A stretch of DNA of 28,265 nucleotides, taken from an uncultured Polyangiaceae bacterium (GTDB lineage: Bacteria; Myxococcota_A; Polyangia; Polyangiales; Houyiibacteriaceae). The translations under genes were made by a program, and so were the position numbers. Positions within the stretch are counted from its first letter, which is position 1; each line of letters begins with the position of its first letter. The notes beneath the pieces were generated by a model that was not told where the DNA came from, ran no database searches, and saw nothing but the letters and a program-made list of their open reading frames with translations. The stretch is taken from the NCBI GenBank assembly GCA_947259605.1, contig CAMYMX010000001.1, positions 1 through 28,265 of the forward strand, written 5' to 3'. Positions 8,740 through 18,600 of the stretch are shown piece after piece.

Positions 8740-9339
8740 ATGGCAAAGGGTTTCGCGCCAGCCGCCGAACGCAATCGGCAACCGATCCTCGACGTCCTTC
8801 GGCGTGTGCTGCCGGACACCGGGCTCGTTCTCGAAGTTGCCAGCGGAACCGGACAGCACGCGGTCTTTTTCTCGAAGCACCTCTCAGGCCTGCGCTGGCA
8901 GCCGAGTGACGCATCGGTGGACGGTTTGCGCAGCATCCAGGCCTGGGTGGCGGAATCGGCTCTCGAGAATCTTCTCCCGCCGATCGAGCTCGACGTGCGC
9001 TCGCCTCGATGGCCCATCGCGAGCGCCGACGCCTTGCTGTGCATCAACATGATCCACATCTCGCCGTGGGAAGCCACCGAGAGCCTGTTCCGCGGCGCAA
9101 GCGCGCTGCTCGCCGGCGGCTCGCCGCTGGTGACCTACGGCCCGTACAGGCTCTACGGCGAGCATAGCGCGCCGAGCAACGCGGCCTTCGACGAAAGCCT
9201 TCGGTCGCGCAACCCTCGCTGGGGCGTTCGGGACATCGATGAGCTCACCGAGCTTGCAGGGCGAACCGGATTCGAGCTGCAGGAGAGTGTGTCGATGCCG
9301 GCCAACAACATGACGCTGATCTGGGCCCGCGTCCCCTAG
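8740..9339 (+). CDS. DUF938-family class I SAM-dependent methyltransferase
   Basis: APAAERNRQPIL, VLEVASGTGQH (SAM motif I), WQPSD, CINMIHISPW, YGPY, SNAAFDESLRSRNPRWGVRD and MPANN. ATG at 8740 is preferred to 8722. Confidence 0.9.
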   Translation: MAKGFAPAAERNRQPILDVLRRVLPDTGLVLEVASGTGQHAVFFSKHLSGLRWQPSDASVDGLRSIQAWVAESALENLLPPIELDVRSPRWPIASADALLCINMIHISPWEATESLFRGASALLAGGSPLVTYGPYRLYGEHSAPSNAAFDESLRSRNPRWGVRDIDELTELAGRTGFELQESVSMPANNMTLIWARVP

Positions 9340-10328
9340 CCCGGCAGCCGGAGCAGCGACGGGTCCCAGAAGAGCGTCACAAAGTAGGCGGCGAAGACGA
9401 GAATGAGCGCGATCCCTCGTTTGCGACCGATGTGACTGCCTTCGTTCACGGCCATGAGCAGAAGTAGCAGCGTAACGCCAACCATGATCGGGAAGTCACG
9501 AACGATGATCGCACGGTCGACCTCGCCAGGCGCAATGATGCCGGGGAGTGCGAGCACGCCAAGCAGGTTGAACATGTTGGACCCGACGACGTTGCCGACG
9601 GCGATGTCTTGTTCCCCGCGGCGTGCGGCCGCCACCGAGGCTGCAAGCTCGGGAAGGCTCGTCCCGAGCGCAACGAGCGTCAGACCGATGACCAGCTCGC
9701 TCACGCCGAGGTCTCGGGCGATCCCGAGCGCCCCCCAGACCAGAACACGGGAGCCGGCCAGAAGAAGAACCAGACCGACGGAGAATAGGACCATCGCCTT
9801 GGCTGCGGGCAGCGAGTCCGGGATGTCATCGTGGTCGAAGGCACCGGGGGGCGGATCGTCGTATCCCGGGTCCGTCTTGCGGCCCTGGCTGCCAATCCAG
9901 GCGACCAAGACGAACATCCCGAAGAGCAGGAGGAGGCCTTCGGCCCGGCTAAGCGCTCCGTCCCAGAGAAACGCCCAGGCGACCGCCATGCTGAGAAACA
10001 GAATCGGGATCTCCCGCATGAGCAGACGGGAGTGGATGCTGAGAGGTTGGACCAGCGCGGCTGCGCCGAGAACGAGCGTTACGTTGGTGATATTCGATCC
10101 GACGGCGTTTCCGACGCCCATCTCGCGGCTGCCGGCCATCGCCGCCATGCCGGACACCAGCATTTCAGGCGCCGAGGTGCCGAAGGCTACGATCGTCAGT
10201 CCGATGACGAGGCGGCTGACGCCGAGGTTGCTCGCTAGCCCGGCCGCTCCATAGACGAAACGATCGGCGCCCCAGACCACGGCGACGAGACCCACGATGA
10301 TCGCAGCTATGGCTTGGAACAGCGTCAG
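9336..10328 (-). CDS. Calcium/sodium antiporter (YrbG/CaCA family)
   Basis: Two alpha repeats, GTSAPE...GNAVGSN and GTSLPE...GNVVGSN, and about 10 TM helices. The frame is open upstream of the track's GTG (10295). A CTG at 10328 with GAGG 5 nt upstream gives a complete first helix MTLFQAIAAIIVGLVAVVWGADRFV. Confidence 0.9.
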   Translation of the reverse strand: MTLFQAIAAIIVGLVAVVWGADRFVYGAAGLASNLGVSRLVIGLTIVAFGTSAPEMLVSGMAAMAGSREMGVGNAVGSNITNVTLVLGAAALVQPLSIHSRLLMREIPILFLSMAVAWAFLWDGALSRAEGLLLLFGMFVLVAWIGSQGRKTDPGYDDPPPGAFDHDDIPDSLPAAKAMVLFSVGLVLLLAGSRVLVWGALGIARDLGVSELVIGLTLVALGTSLPELAASVAAARRGEQDIAVGNVVGSNMFNLLGVLALPGIIAPGEVDRAIIVRDFPIMVGVTLLLLLMAVNEGSHIGRKRGIALILVFAAYFVTLFWDPSLLRLPG

Positions 10329-10406
10329 GGCAACCTCTTCGGCGAGACGAAGAACGGCTTAGTCTTGCTCAGGAGCGCAAGCGCGCAAGCCTCGTGCAGA
10401 TCGCGC

Positions 10407-10436
10407 TGGCAAAACCACCCCGCGGAGCGCTATACG
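10407..10436 (+). promoter_or_regulatory. Possible promoter of the SDR-TPR-TPR-MPE-nadD-DUF2520 operon
   Basis: TGGCAA (10407-10412), 18 nt, TATACG (10431-10436), about 25 nt before the ATG with AGGAGG. The -35 match is weak. Confidence 0.3.
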
Positions 10437-10460
10437 TGTCGGACCACAGGAGGGGACAGC

Positions 10461-11222
10461 ATGGGTGAGCGCCTACGGGACAAGGTCGCGATCGTGACAG
10501 GAGCAAGCCGGGGAATCGGAGCCGCCATCGCGAGCTTCATGGCGGAAGAGGGAGCCAAGGTGGTCCTCGTCTCCCGAAAAATCGAAGGCCTGCAGGGCGC
10601 AGCCGAAGAGATCCGGTCCCACGGAGGCGACGCAACGCCCATCGCATGCCACGTCGGCCACCGAAATCAGCGGGAAGACATGCTCGAACAGGCGCTCCAG
10701 GCGTATGGCAAGGTCGACATCCTGGTAAACAACGCCGCGACAAATCCGCACTTCGGTCCAATGCTCAGTATCGACGAAGCAGCCTGGGACAAAACCTTCG
10801 AAGTGAACGTGAAGGGCTACTTTGGAATGATCCAGCTCGTCGCCGGCCATTTGCAGCAGCGCAAAGCGAAAGGGTCGCTCATCAACATCGCGAGCGTCGT
10901 CGGCCTCATGGGTGCGCCGATGCAGGGCGTCTACGCCATGACTAAATCTGCCGTGATCTCCATGACGAGGACCTTAGCGATGGAGCTTGGTGGGGCTGGA
11001 ATTCGAGTCAATGCGATCGCGCCCGGCCTGATCGAAACCAAGTTTGCAAAGGTGCTGGTCGACAACGATGAGATTCGATCCAGCATCGTCAACAAGACGG
11101 CCTTGGGACGGGTTGGTCAGCCGCGGGACATTGCGGGGGGCGCAGTCTTCTTGGCTTCGGAGGAATCGGACTACCTAACGGGAGATGTCATGGTCATCGA
11201 CGGCGGTTGGACCATCACCTAG
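10461..11222 (+). CDS. Classical short-chain dehydrogenase/reductase (DHRS4/FabG-like, probably NADP(H)-dependent)
   Basis: TGASRGIG, VSRK (basic residues suggest NADP), NNAATNPHFGP, INIAS, YAMTK (YxxxK) and VNAIAPG. Strong SD AGGAGG before ATG 10461, so the track's 10314 start is too early. Confidence 0.92.
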   Translation: MGERLRDKVAIVTGASRGIGAAIASFMAEEGAKVVLVSRKIEGLQGAAEEIRSHGGDATPIACHVGHRNQREDMLEQALQAYGKVDILVNNAATNPHFGPMLSIDEAAWDKTFEVNVKGYFGMIQLVAGHLQQRKAKGSLINIASVVGLMGAPMQGVYAMTKSAVISMTRTLAMELGGAGIRVNAIAPGLIETKFAKVLVDNDEIRSSIVNKTALGRVGQPRDIAGGAVFLASEESDYLTGDVMVIDGGWTIT

Positions 11223-11235
11223 TCGTGGGCGGAGG

Positions 11236-14200
11236 ATGATCGAAAGGGCGCCCATGGGCCTAGCGGAGAGCGCGCGCAGGCGCGACTTGGTGGAATTGCG
11301 CATTGCCAACCTGCGCCGTGAGCTCGACGCGGAGACCGAACCGCGAGCTCAGGCAGCAATCCTCTATCAAGTCGGAACGCTCTACGAGCACGAGCTCGAG
11401 CAGCGATCGGATGCGATGGAGCAGTACGAGCGGGCGTCCACCGTCGCCCCGGGCTTCCAGCCAGCGCTCATCGCCCGGCTGCGAATCGCAGAACGATCGG
11501 AAAACGGCTACGACCTGACGGCGCTTCGTTCGGAACAGGTCGCGCGAGCCACGAGCTCTGCGGTGAGCAGCGCTGCGCTCGTCGAGTTGGCCATGCACTC
11601 CGAGGATTGGGCGTCGCTCCTGCGCGAATCGATTTCACGTGCCGTGGAGCCGGCAGTGCCAGCGCTCATTCTCGAATGGCTAGCGGAAGCGCGCGGTGAC
11701 GATGGCGCAGTTCGCGAAGCGCTGCTCGCACAAGCGGAGCACGCCGTCGACCCAACGCTGCGCGCCGCTCTCTGGATCGACCTCGCGCTACACGAGCTCA
11801 CGGCGGACCGGCCGGACGATGCCATTTCCGCTCTCGAACATGCGTGTGAGTGCGATGCGCTCGTTTGGCAGGCCCGGTCACTGCAAGCGCGTACGGCCCG
11901 TGAGCACGAGCGCTGGGATGTTTTTGTGCGCGCGGTGACTTCCATGGCCAGCCTGCTCGAAGCCGCAGTCGAAACGAGCGGCTCGCCCGATCCGCTGAGT
12001 CTTTGCGTCCCCGAGGGCGCGCGTCGACCGCTGGCGGCTCACCTGTGGCAGGAAGCGGCGAGCTGCAGCGCCACGCAGCTCGACGACGCCGACGCAGCCG
12101 CAGGCTACCTTGCATCGGCCGTGAGATGGATGCCGGACGATCGCTTGATCCGGCAGCAGTCGCTGCTGGTTGCCGAACGTCGCGGGGACGATGCGGTCGC
12201 CGAAGATGCGGTGGAATGGTTTCGGTCCATGGCCTCGGAGGACCCGGCCTTCGTCGCGCATGAGCTGCGGCTCGCGAAGTCGAGCGTCGATTTAGAAAGC
12301 GCATTGGAAACACTTCGCGATGTGGCGGCGCGGTTCCCCAGCTCCGGCTACGCCCAGGCGGCGCTCGACGTCGCCCTCATACGCGGCGCGCGCCACACCG
12401 AGCGTGCCGAAGCCTTCCAAGAGAAGGCAGAGCACGCAGAGGGAGAGACGAAGGCCCGGCTCGCTTGGAGAGCGGCGCAGCTGTGCAGTGTCGAAGCGGG
12501 AAGCTCGGACCGCGCCCAGACGCTCTACAGCTTGGCGATCGACGCCTCGACGACCTCGAAGGCTGCGATCGTTCGAGAAGCGCTGGGCGCGGCGATGCGC
12601 GCCAAGCGGCCAGAAACCGTCTGCGCGCGCTGCGACCAGCTGGTTGAAAGCCACATCGAGCCCGATGAACGAACGACTCTTGCGTACCTCAAATACGCCG
12701 TCACGCGGCATGCCCTGCACGCAGAGGAAGACGCCGAGCAACTCCTTCGCGACGCGCTCGATGACTCGAGCAATCGTGCTTGGGCTCCATCCCTCGCACG
12801 AGCACAGGCTGCGTGGAAAGGCGAAACGGGTTTGCTCGCCCGAGCGCACGAGGAGAGCGCGGAGATCACGTCGGGAGATCGTCGCCTCGGTCACCTATGC
12901 GCTGCCGGGCAGGCTCACGCGCGAGGCCTCGACTGGGACGCGGCCGAGCGCGTTCTTCGGGCCGCTCTCACCAGCGCTCCGGACGACAGCTACGTCCTCT
13001 CGCTTCTCGATGCGGTTCTGCGTGAAGGGGGTCACCCCGAAGACGTGGTCTCCTTGGCGCGTGAACGGTCCAATGCCGAGTCGCGGTCGGCGCTGGGCGA
13101 ACTTTCGCTTCTTCTTGCGGGGGCGACCGCCGAGCGAAGCGGCAATCTAACCGCGGCTCGCCATGCCTATGAACAAGCCCTCGTCGATGCGCCAGGCTCC
13201 ACAGCCGCCGCGCTCGCCCTTCTCGACGTCGCCCGCCGTCAGACGGATGCGAGCGCGACACGGCGAGCGTACGCCTCACTGTCGAGCGGCGACCTCGGTG
13301 CGGGAGTGCGCGAGCTCTTCGCCCTGCTCCGGGGTGACAGCCTAGGCCCTGATGATGGCGTCGACGCCTGCGCGGCCTATGAGCTTGCGCTCGAGCACTC
13401 CAGTACCGCCGCGGCAGCGGCGATCGCGATCCTGTCCCTGCCTGTGAAGCTCAGCAACGCCGACCAAAGAGGGGCGGCCGAGGAGGCCCTGGCAGACGCG
13501 GGAGCCGCAGCGCAGCCAGACACGAATGTGTTTGCCGCCGAGTATGGAGCGCTTCGCGCATCGCTAGGCGAACAAGGCTCGTCCGCAGGCGATGCCTGGC
13601 TTCGGCTGTCGGCCCAAGCGCCCACAGAAGCGTTGCGGGCAGCCGCGCTGCTTCAGGGGCTGCGCGCCTCCGGGATTGCCCGAGGCAACGAAGCTGCGGA
13701 CGAGCTGTTCATGCTTGCGCAGGAAGCCGGCGCGCTCTCCGTCCTCCATCCTGACGCCGCGGTCGCGATCGACGAGGCGCTCGCGCCCAGTGACGACGCC
13801 GCACTGCGCGTCCATGCACTGGTGCATAGGCTGCGACACAGCGAAGCGATGGGACGCGCGGCTCTCGACGCGGCGCACTGCCGCGCCCTGGTCGAAGCCG
13901 ATCGAGGCACGGAGGCGGTCGCGCTTCTCAGCAACGCCGTCGACGAACGGCCCGACGACCTAGCGGTATGGGAGACGCTTCGAGGTGCGGCTCGGCAGGC
14001 CGGCGAGTGGCCGCTGGTTGCACAAGCCTGCGAGCGGCTCGCGCCGTTCGTCGAAGACTCGCTGAGAGGCGACCTGTTGGAAGAAGCCGGGGTGGTGCGG
14101 ATGGATTGCCTCGAGCAGTACCAACAGGCGGAAGACCTGTTTCGGCGCGCGCTCGAGGAGGACCCCACGAGGGATCTCGCGTTTCGCAGGCTCCGTGACC

Positions 14201-15660
14201 TCTTCGTTGCGCGCGAAGACGCTGGGGCGCTCGAAGCACTCGTTGCAGAACGGCTTGCGCTCGGCGGCCCGAAGGATCGGCCGGACCTGCTCTACGAACG
14301 TGCACGCCTTCTACGGGGGTTCAGCGATCGTCCGGGCGCACTCGAGGTTCTCGATGAGCTGTTGACGACCGATCCGGATCACGCGGGAGGGCTGGCCTTG
14401 GCCGCGGAGGTGCATGGCTCCCTGGGACGATGGGCCGAGGCGGTCGATTGCCTCCAGCGCCTGTCCAGGTCGAGCATTCCTGACGAGCAGCGGCGCGTTG
14501 CGCACCTAGGGGCCGCAGGTTTCCTCGAAACCCAGCTCGATGCCAAGGCCGAGGCACTTGAGGAGCTACGCGCGGTCGAGGCGCTCGGGCTCGCTGACGC
14601 GGAAACTTGGACGCGAATCGCCGTCCTCGAAATCGAGCTGGAGCGCCCAGAAGCGGCAACCGATGCCTACAGACGCGCCCTCGAAGCCGAGCCTGCCAGT
14701 GCGACGGCGATCTCGGGCCTGGTCGAGCTCGTCGACGCTGCGGAGGTCGACACCGCCGTCACACGCTACGAAGCCGCCATCTGGTCGCAGATCGAGGCTG
14801 GTGAGCTAGACGCCTCGCTCCTCGAAGCCTTGAGAAGCGCTGCCGCATGGCGAGGCCACGATGCGCGCGCGGCCGCCGCCCTCGCCGTACAGCGCGCGTT
14901 AGGGCTTGCCGCGCCGACCGACGACGACGAACGCGTGGACCTGAGACAGGTCTCCGTTGCTGCGCTCTGGGATCTGGACGCCGACCCGGTGCTCCAAGAG
15001 CTGGTGCTTCGTGCGGGCCCCGCCCTGGGCAACGACCGCCTCCGCGCGAAGAAGGCGGAACCGAGCGATCCGATCGTGACCGAGCTCGAGCGGCTGTCCC
15101 AACGCTTCGGGGCCAGGACAGGCTCCGTCGAGGTCTCGGGTGACCTCACCACGCTGGTCGCTCGGACAGGCCGTGACGGCGAAATCCGCTGGGTCGTCCC
15201 CCAGCGCGCGCGCGGCGGTCTCGATGCGACGGGGCGTTTTATCGCCGGCCGACTCGCCTGGGCAGCGCCACATGGAGCCGCCCAGCTTCTCGATGGGCCG
15301 CCGGAACGAGCCGCCGGAACGCTGCTCGCCTTCCTTCGCGCCTCCCGCTGCGAAGTGGAGGCCGGGGATCCCCCGTTACCCGCAGCAAATGTCAAGCTAA
15401 GGCGCGCCGTGCGCAAAGCCGTCTACCAGGCGGTCGGAGGTGCCAAGCTGCAGTCGTCGTCCTTGCTCGCCTATGCACAGACCGTGCAGCGCAGCGCGGA
15501 CCGAGCCGGATTGCTGGCATGCGGAGAGATCGGCAGTGCGCTTGCGGTGCTGCTGAACCAAGAGTCGAATACGGAAGCGCTGAGGGTGTCCTCGCGCGGC
15601 CTCGATATGCTGCGCTTCTGGGTCGAAGCCGACTCACCGCTGTGGGGAAGCCATGGCTGA
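11236..15660 (+). CDS. Giant TPR/alpha-solenoid protein 1 (~1470 aa) with degenerate M48-peptidase-like C-terminal domain
   Basis: Ala/Leu/Glu/Arg-rich helical repeats (e.g. AILYQVGTLYEHELEQRSDAMEQYERASTVAP, LLEEAGVVRMDCLEQYQQAEDLFRRALEEDP). C-terminal RFIAGRLAW...SADRAGLLACGE. No signal peptide. Start is ATG 11236 or 11254. Confidence 0.8.
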   Translation: MIERAPMGLAESARRRDLVELRIANLRRELDAETEPRAQAAILYQVGTLYEHELEQRSDAMEQYERASTVAPGFQPALIARLRIAERSENGYDLTALRSEQVARATSSAVSSAALVELAMHSEDWASLLRESISRAVEPAVPALILEWLAEARGDDGAVREALLAQAEHAVDPTLRAALWIDLALHELTADRPDDAISALEHACECDALVWQARSLQARTAREHERWDVFVRAVTSMASLLEAAVETSGSPDPLSLCVPEGARRPLAAHLWQEAASCSATQLDDADAAAGYLASAVRWMPDDRLIRQQSLLVAERRGDDAVAEDAVEWFRSMASEDPAFVAHELRLAKSSVDLESALETLRDVAARFPSSGYAQAALDVALIRGARHTERAEAFQEKAEHAEGETKARLAWRAAQLCSVEAGSSDRAQTLYSLAIDASTTSKAAIVREALGAAMRAKRPETVCARCDQLVESHIEPDERTTLAYLKYAVTRHALHAEEDAEQLLRDALDDSSNRAWAPSLARAQAAWKGETGLLARAHEESAEITSGDRRLGHLCAAGQAHARGLDWDAAERVLRAALTSAPDDSYVLSLLDAVLREGGHPEDVVSLARERSNAESRSALGELSLLLAGATAERSGNLTAARHAYEQALVDAPGSTAAALALLDVARRQTDASATRRAYASLSSGDLGAGVRELFALLRGDSLGPDDGVDACAAYELALEHSSTAAAAAIAILSLPVKLSNADQRGAAEEALADAGAAAQPDTNVFAAEYGALRASLGEQGSSAGDAWLRLSAQAPTEALRAAALLQGLRASGIARGNEAADELFMLAQEAGALSVLHPDAAVAIDEALAPSDDAALRVHALVHRLRHSEAMGRAALDAAHCRALVEADRGTEAVALLSNAVDERPDDLAVWETLRGAARQAGEWPLVAQACERLAPFVEDSLRGDLLEEAGVVRMDCLEQYQQAEDLFRRALEEDPTRDLAFRRLRDLFVAREDAGALEALVAERLALGGPKDRPDLLYERARLLRGFSDRPGALEVLDELLTTDPDHAGGLALAAEVHGSLGRWAEAVDCLQRLSRSSIPDEQRRVAHLGAAGFLETQLDAKAEALEELRAVEALGLADAETWTRIAVLEIELERPEAATDAYRRALEAEPASATAISGLVELVDAAEVDTAVTRYEAAIWSQIEAGELDASLLEALRSAAAWRGHDARAAAALAVQRALGLAAPTDDDERVDLRQVSVAALWDLDADPVLQELVLRAGPALGNDRLRAKKAEPSDPIVTELERLSQRFGARTGSVEVSGDLTTLVARTGRDGEIRWVVPQRARGGLDATGRFIAGRLAWAAPHGAAQLLDGPPERAAGTLLAFLRASRCEVEAGDPPLPAANVKLRRAVRKAVYQAVGGAKLQSSSLLAYAQTVQRSADRAGLLACGEIGSALAVLLNQESNTEALRVSSRGLDMLRFWVEADSPLWGSHG

Positions 15661-18600
15661 GGACGACGTGTCGCAGGCCAGCCGCGAATCTGAGCCCGTG
15701 TCGTTCGACATCGATGACGACGCGATCAACGCCCTGCTCGACTCCTTCGTCGAGACCGAGGCTGGAGCTCCAACCAAGCGTACGAGCCGTCCTCCGGACC
15801 CCTCGGATTCGGGAGCGCTCGCAGCGCAAAAGACGGTCTTCGAGCACAGGCCGCGACACGATGCGTTGCCCTTGGTCGGCGATACGCCCGAGACGATGAA
15901 ACGGCGCATCGCGCTCCTCGAAGCGCTCGGAGGACGCGCGGTTGGCTCGTCGCGCGCGCGACTTCTGACCGCCGCGGGCGAGCTCTGCGAGCGACTCGGA
16001 GACTACGACGCCGCGATGGAGCAGTACACCCAGGCCTTGTCTGCCGACGCGCGCGACGTCGTCGTTCTGCGCTCGCTTCGACGGCTCGCGATGCGGAAGG
16101 GCGACTGGGGCGCCGCGGCCGACGCCCTCGAAAAAGAGGCGGCGCTGGAGCTCAGCGCCGCCGATCGAGCATCGGCGCTCAACCTGCTCGCGCGTATTCA
16201 GCTCTCGAAGCTTCGCGACCCGGCAGCAGCGGAGCAGGCCGCTGCACACGCAGCCGAGCTTCGAGAGGACGACTTCGTCGCGTACATGCTGTTGGCCTCG
16301 GCAAGGCTCGCTCGCGCCGATGCAGGGCGTGCAGCAGACGCTCTGACCAGCGCAGCGGAGCGCTGGCCTCGAGCTGAAGCCGAGGCGGCGCTGCTCCTCG
16401 ACGCAGCCGAGATGAAAGAAAGGGCGGGCGCGCTCGAAGACGCGCGGAGCAGATACGGCCGCGTGCTCGAGCTCCAGCCAACGCTGCTCGCGGCGCATCT
16501 CGGAGTGGTTCGCACGAGCCGCGGGCTCGGGGAAGGCGACGCGGCCAGGCAAGCACTGCTCGCCGCTGCAACACAGGCGTCCGGCCGGCTCTCCGCTGCG
16601 CTTCGTCGAACGGCGGCGGGCATCGACCGGTGGAGCGGTGCTCCGGAGGCCGCGGTCGCATTGCTCGGCCAAGCGGAAGACACGGCGTCTCTATGGACGC
16701 TTGCGGAATCGGCCGCGGTTTGCGGAGACACGCAGACCATGATCGATGCGCTCGCCGCGCCCGCTCCCGATGGCAGTCCGGAAATTCGCACTCTGGGATC
16801 CGGGCGACGCGCGCGGCTTCATGCGGAACGCGGTGAGCGAGACGGCTTTGAGCTCGCTTCGAGAGAAGCCCGAGTGGACCCGCGCTTGGAAACCTACCTC
16901 CGGTCTTCAAAGCTCCTGGTTGAAGCGGATTGTGGCAAGCAGTCGGAGGTGCTTCGATGGCTCGAATCGATGCCGGGCGCGAAAACGAGCGTCGCCTCGA
17001 AATTGCTTCAGGCGGACGAGGCAGCGCAGGTCCGCGATGGCGAGGCATTCTTCGCGGCGCTGGAAGCGGAGCTCGACGACTCGCCTGAGGAGCTGGCAGC
17101 CGGTGCGGCGCTCGCCGTCGCCGAAGTGGGGGCCGCCTGCGGCGCGATCGATCGCGGAGGCGCTCTGACTCGCGCGTGGGAACGGGTTCCGGGCGACCCG
17201 ATGATCGGTCGAGCGTTCCTGTGGGGCGACGATGACACCGCGCGCAGCATCCGGCGCTGGATGGACGAAGGGAACACAACCCGGGGTGCGCGTAGCGCCT
17301 TTGCTTTCACGATGGCCGCGAGGCTCGCTCAGCCTGGGTCCGAAGAAGCGGAATCCGCGTGCGAAGCCGCACTCGCCGAAGAGGTCGACTACCCCCCCGC
17401 CCTCTGGGAGCTAGAGGACCGGCTGGGCGGAGACGCGGCCCGTGCGGCCAGCGCCGCACGGCAAGCGGCGCTCGGTTCTGCAGACCAAGGTGCGAGCTGG
17501 CTGCGTGCATCCATGTGGGCTTCATCTCGCAGCGACCGCCAGGCACACGCGGAAGCGGCCTTGAGCCGGGCCGCGCCCGATCCGCTCCTTCTCGAGCACC
17601 TGATCGAGACGGTTGGACGCGATACGGAGGCCGCCGGTGAGCTCATGGAGCTGGCCGCGCGGCGTCTCGGCATGTCCGTGTATCTGGAGCGTGCCGCGGC
17701 ATCCTATCGAGCGGCCGGCCTCGCAGATCGGGCCGCGCGGGTGCTGCGCGAGGCCTCGGACGCCCAGCCAGATGACCCAATGATTCGCGTTCAACGGGAG
17801 GAAGCAGAGCTTCAGGGATCGGAGTTTGCGCGCCTCTCCGACAGCATCATGAGTCGCCTACGCGAGGCCACGAGCGAAGCCGATCGACTCGGCGCGTTTG
17901 AGGCGATGGCAGAACTGGATCGACTCAAGCGTCACGACATGCAAAGCGCTCGCTTGTCGCTCCAATCGATCGCCGAGCTGCGCCCCGATCACATCCCTAC
18001 CGCGCGCGCCCTCGAATGGGATGCGCTTCGGGAGAACGACACCGAACGCATCCGCTCGAGTGCCCGGCGGCTTTTGCAGGCCCTTCCCGAAGACTCGCCC
18101 GACCGCTTGGCCAGGCATCGACTTCATCTAGAGCTGCTCAAGGCCGATTCCGACATCCTCCAGTCCGATCTCGATCGATGGCTGTGCGGGATCGACGACG
18201 CGCTCGAGGCGGACCCGGGCTTGGCCAGACAAGTCCTGGGCGCCGCGTATGCGATGGGCGAAAATCTACTCAGCGTCCAAGCGCTCCTCGCTCTGCAGGT
18301 CGCGGTCGATGACGACCTGGAACGGGGCGCCCTCGGGCTCGACGCCGCACGTGTCCTTCAGCTGATGGGTGCCCCAGAAAACGCGCTCGAGCGCTTGGAC
18401 GAAGCGCGAAGTCACCCGCTGGCGCGCGAAGTCGAAGCGGGGCTCTTGCAGGCGGCCAAGCGCTGGGAAGATGCCGCCGCGGTCTATCAAGACGCAGCGA
18501 GCAAGGCCAAAGACGGCCAGCGCGCAGCATCGCTCTGGCGGGAGGCCGCGTGCATCTTCGAAAAGGAGCTCGGAGACACGTCTCGCGCGATCGATGCCTG

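Noticed and set aside
10375-10390. GCGCAAGC x2 direct repeat in the antiporter/SDR intergenic region
   Set aside because: Short and GC-rich, so plausible by chance. No second copy or regulator supports it.
10314-10460. Extended SDR N-terminus from the ORF track
   Set aside because: It overlaps the divergent antiporter start and intergenic region. A strong AGGAGG supports ATG 10461.
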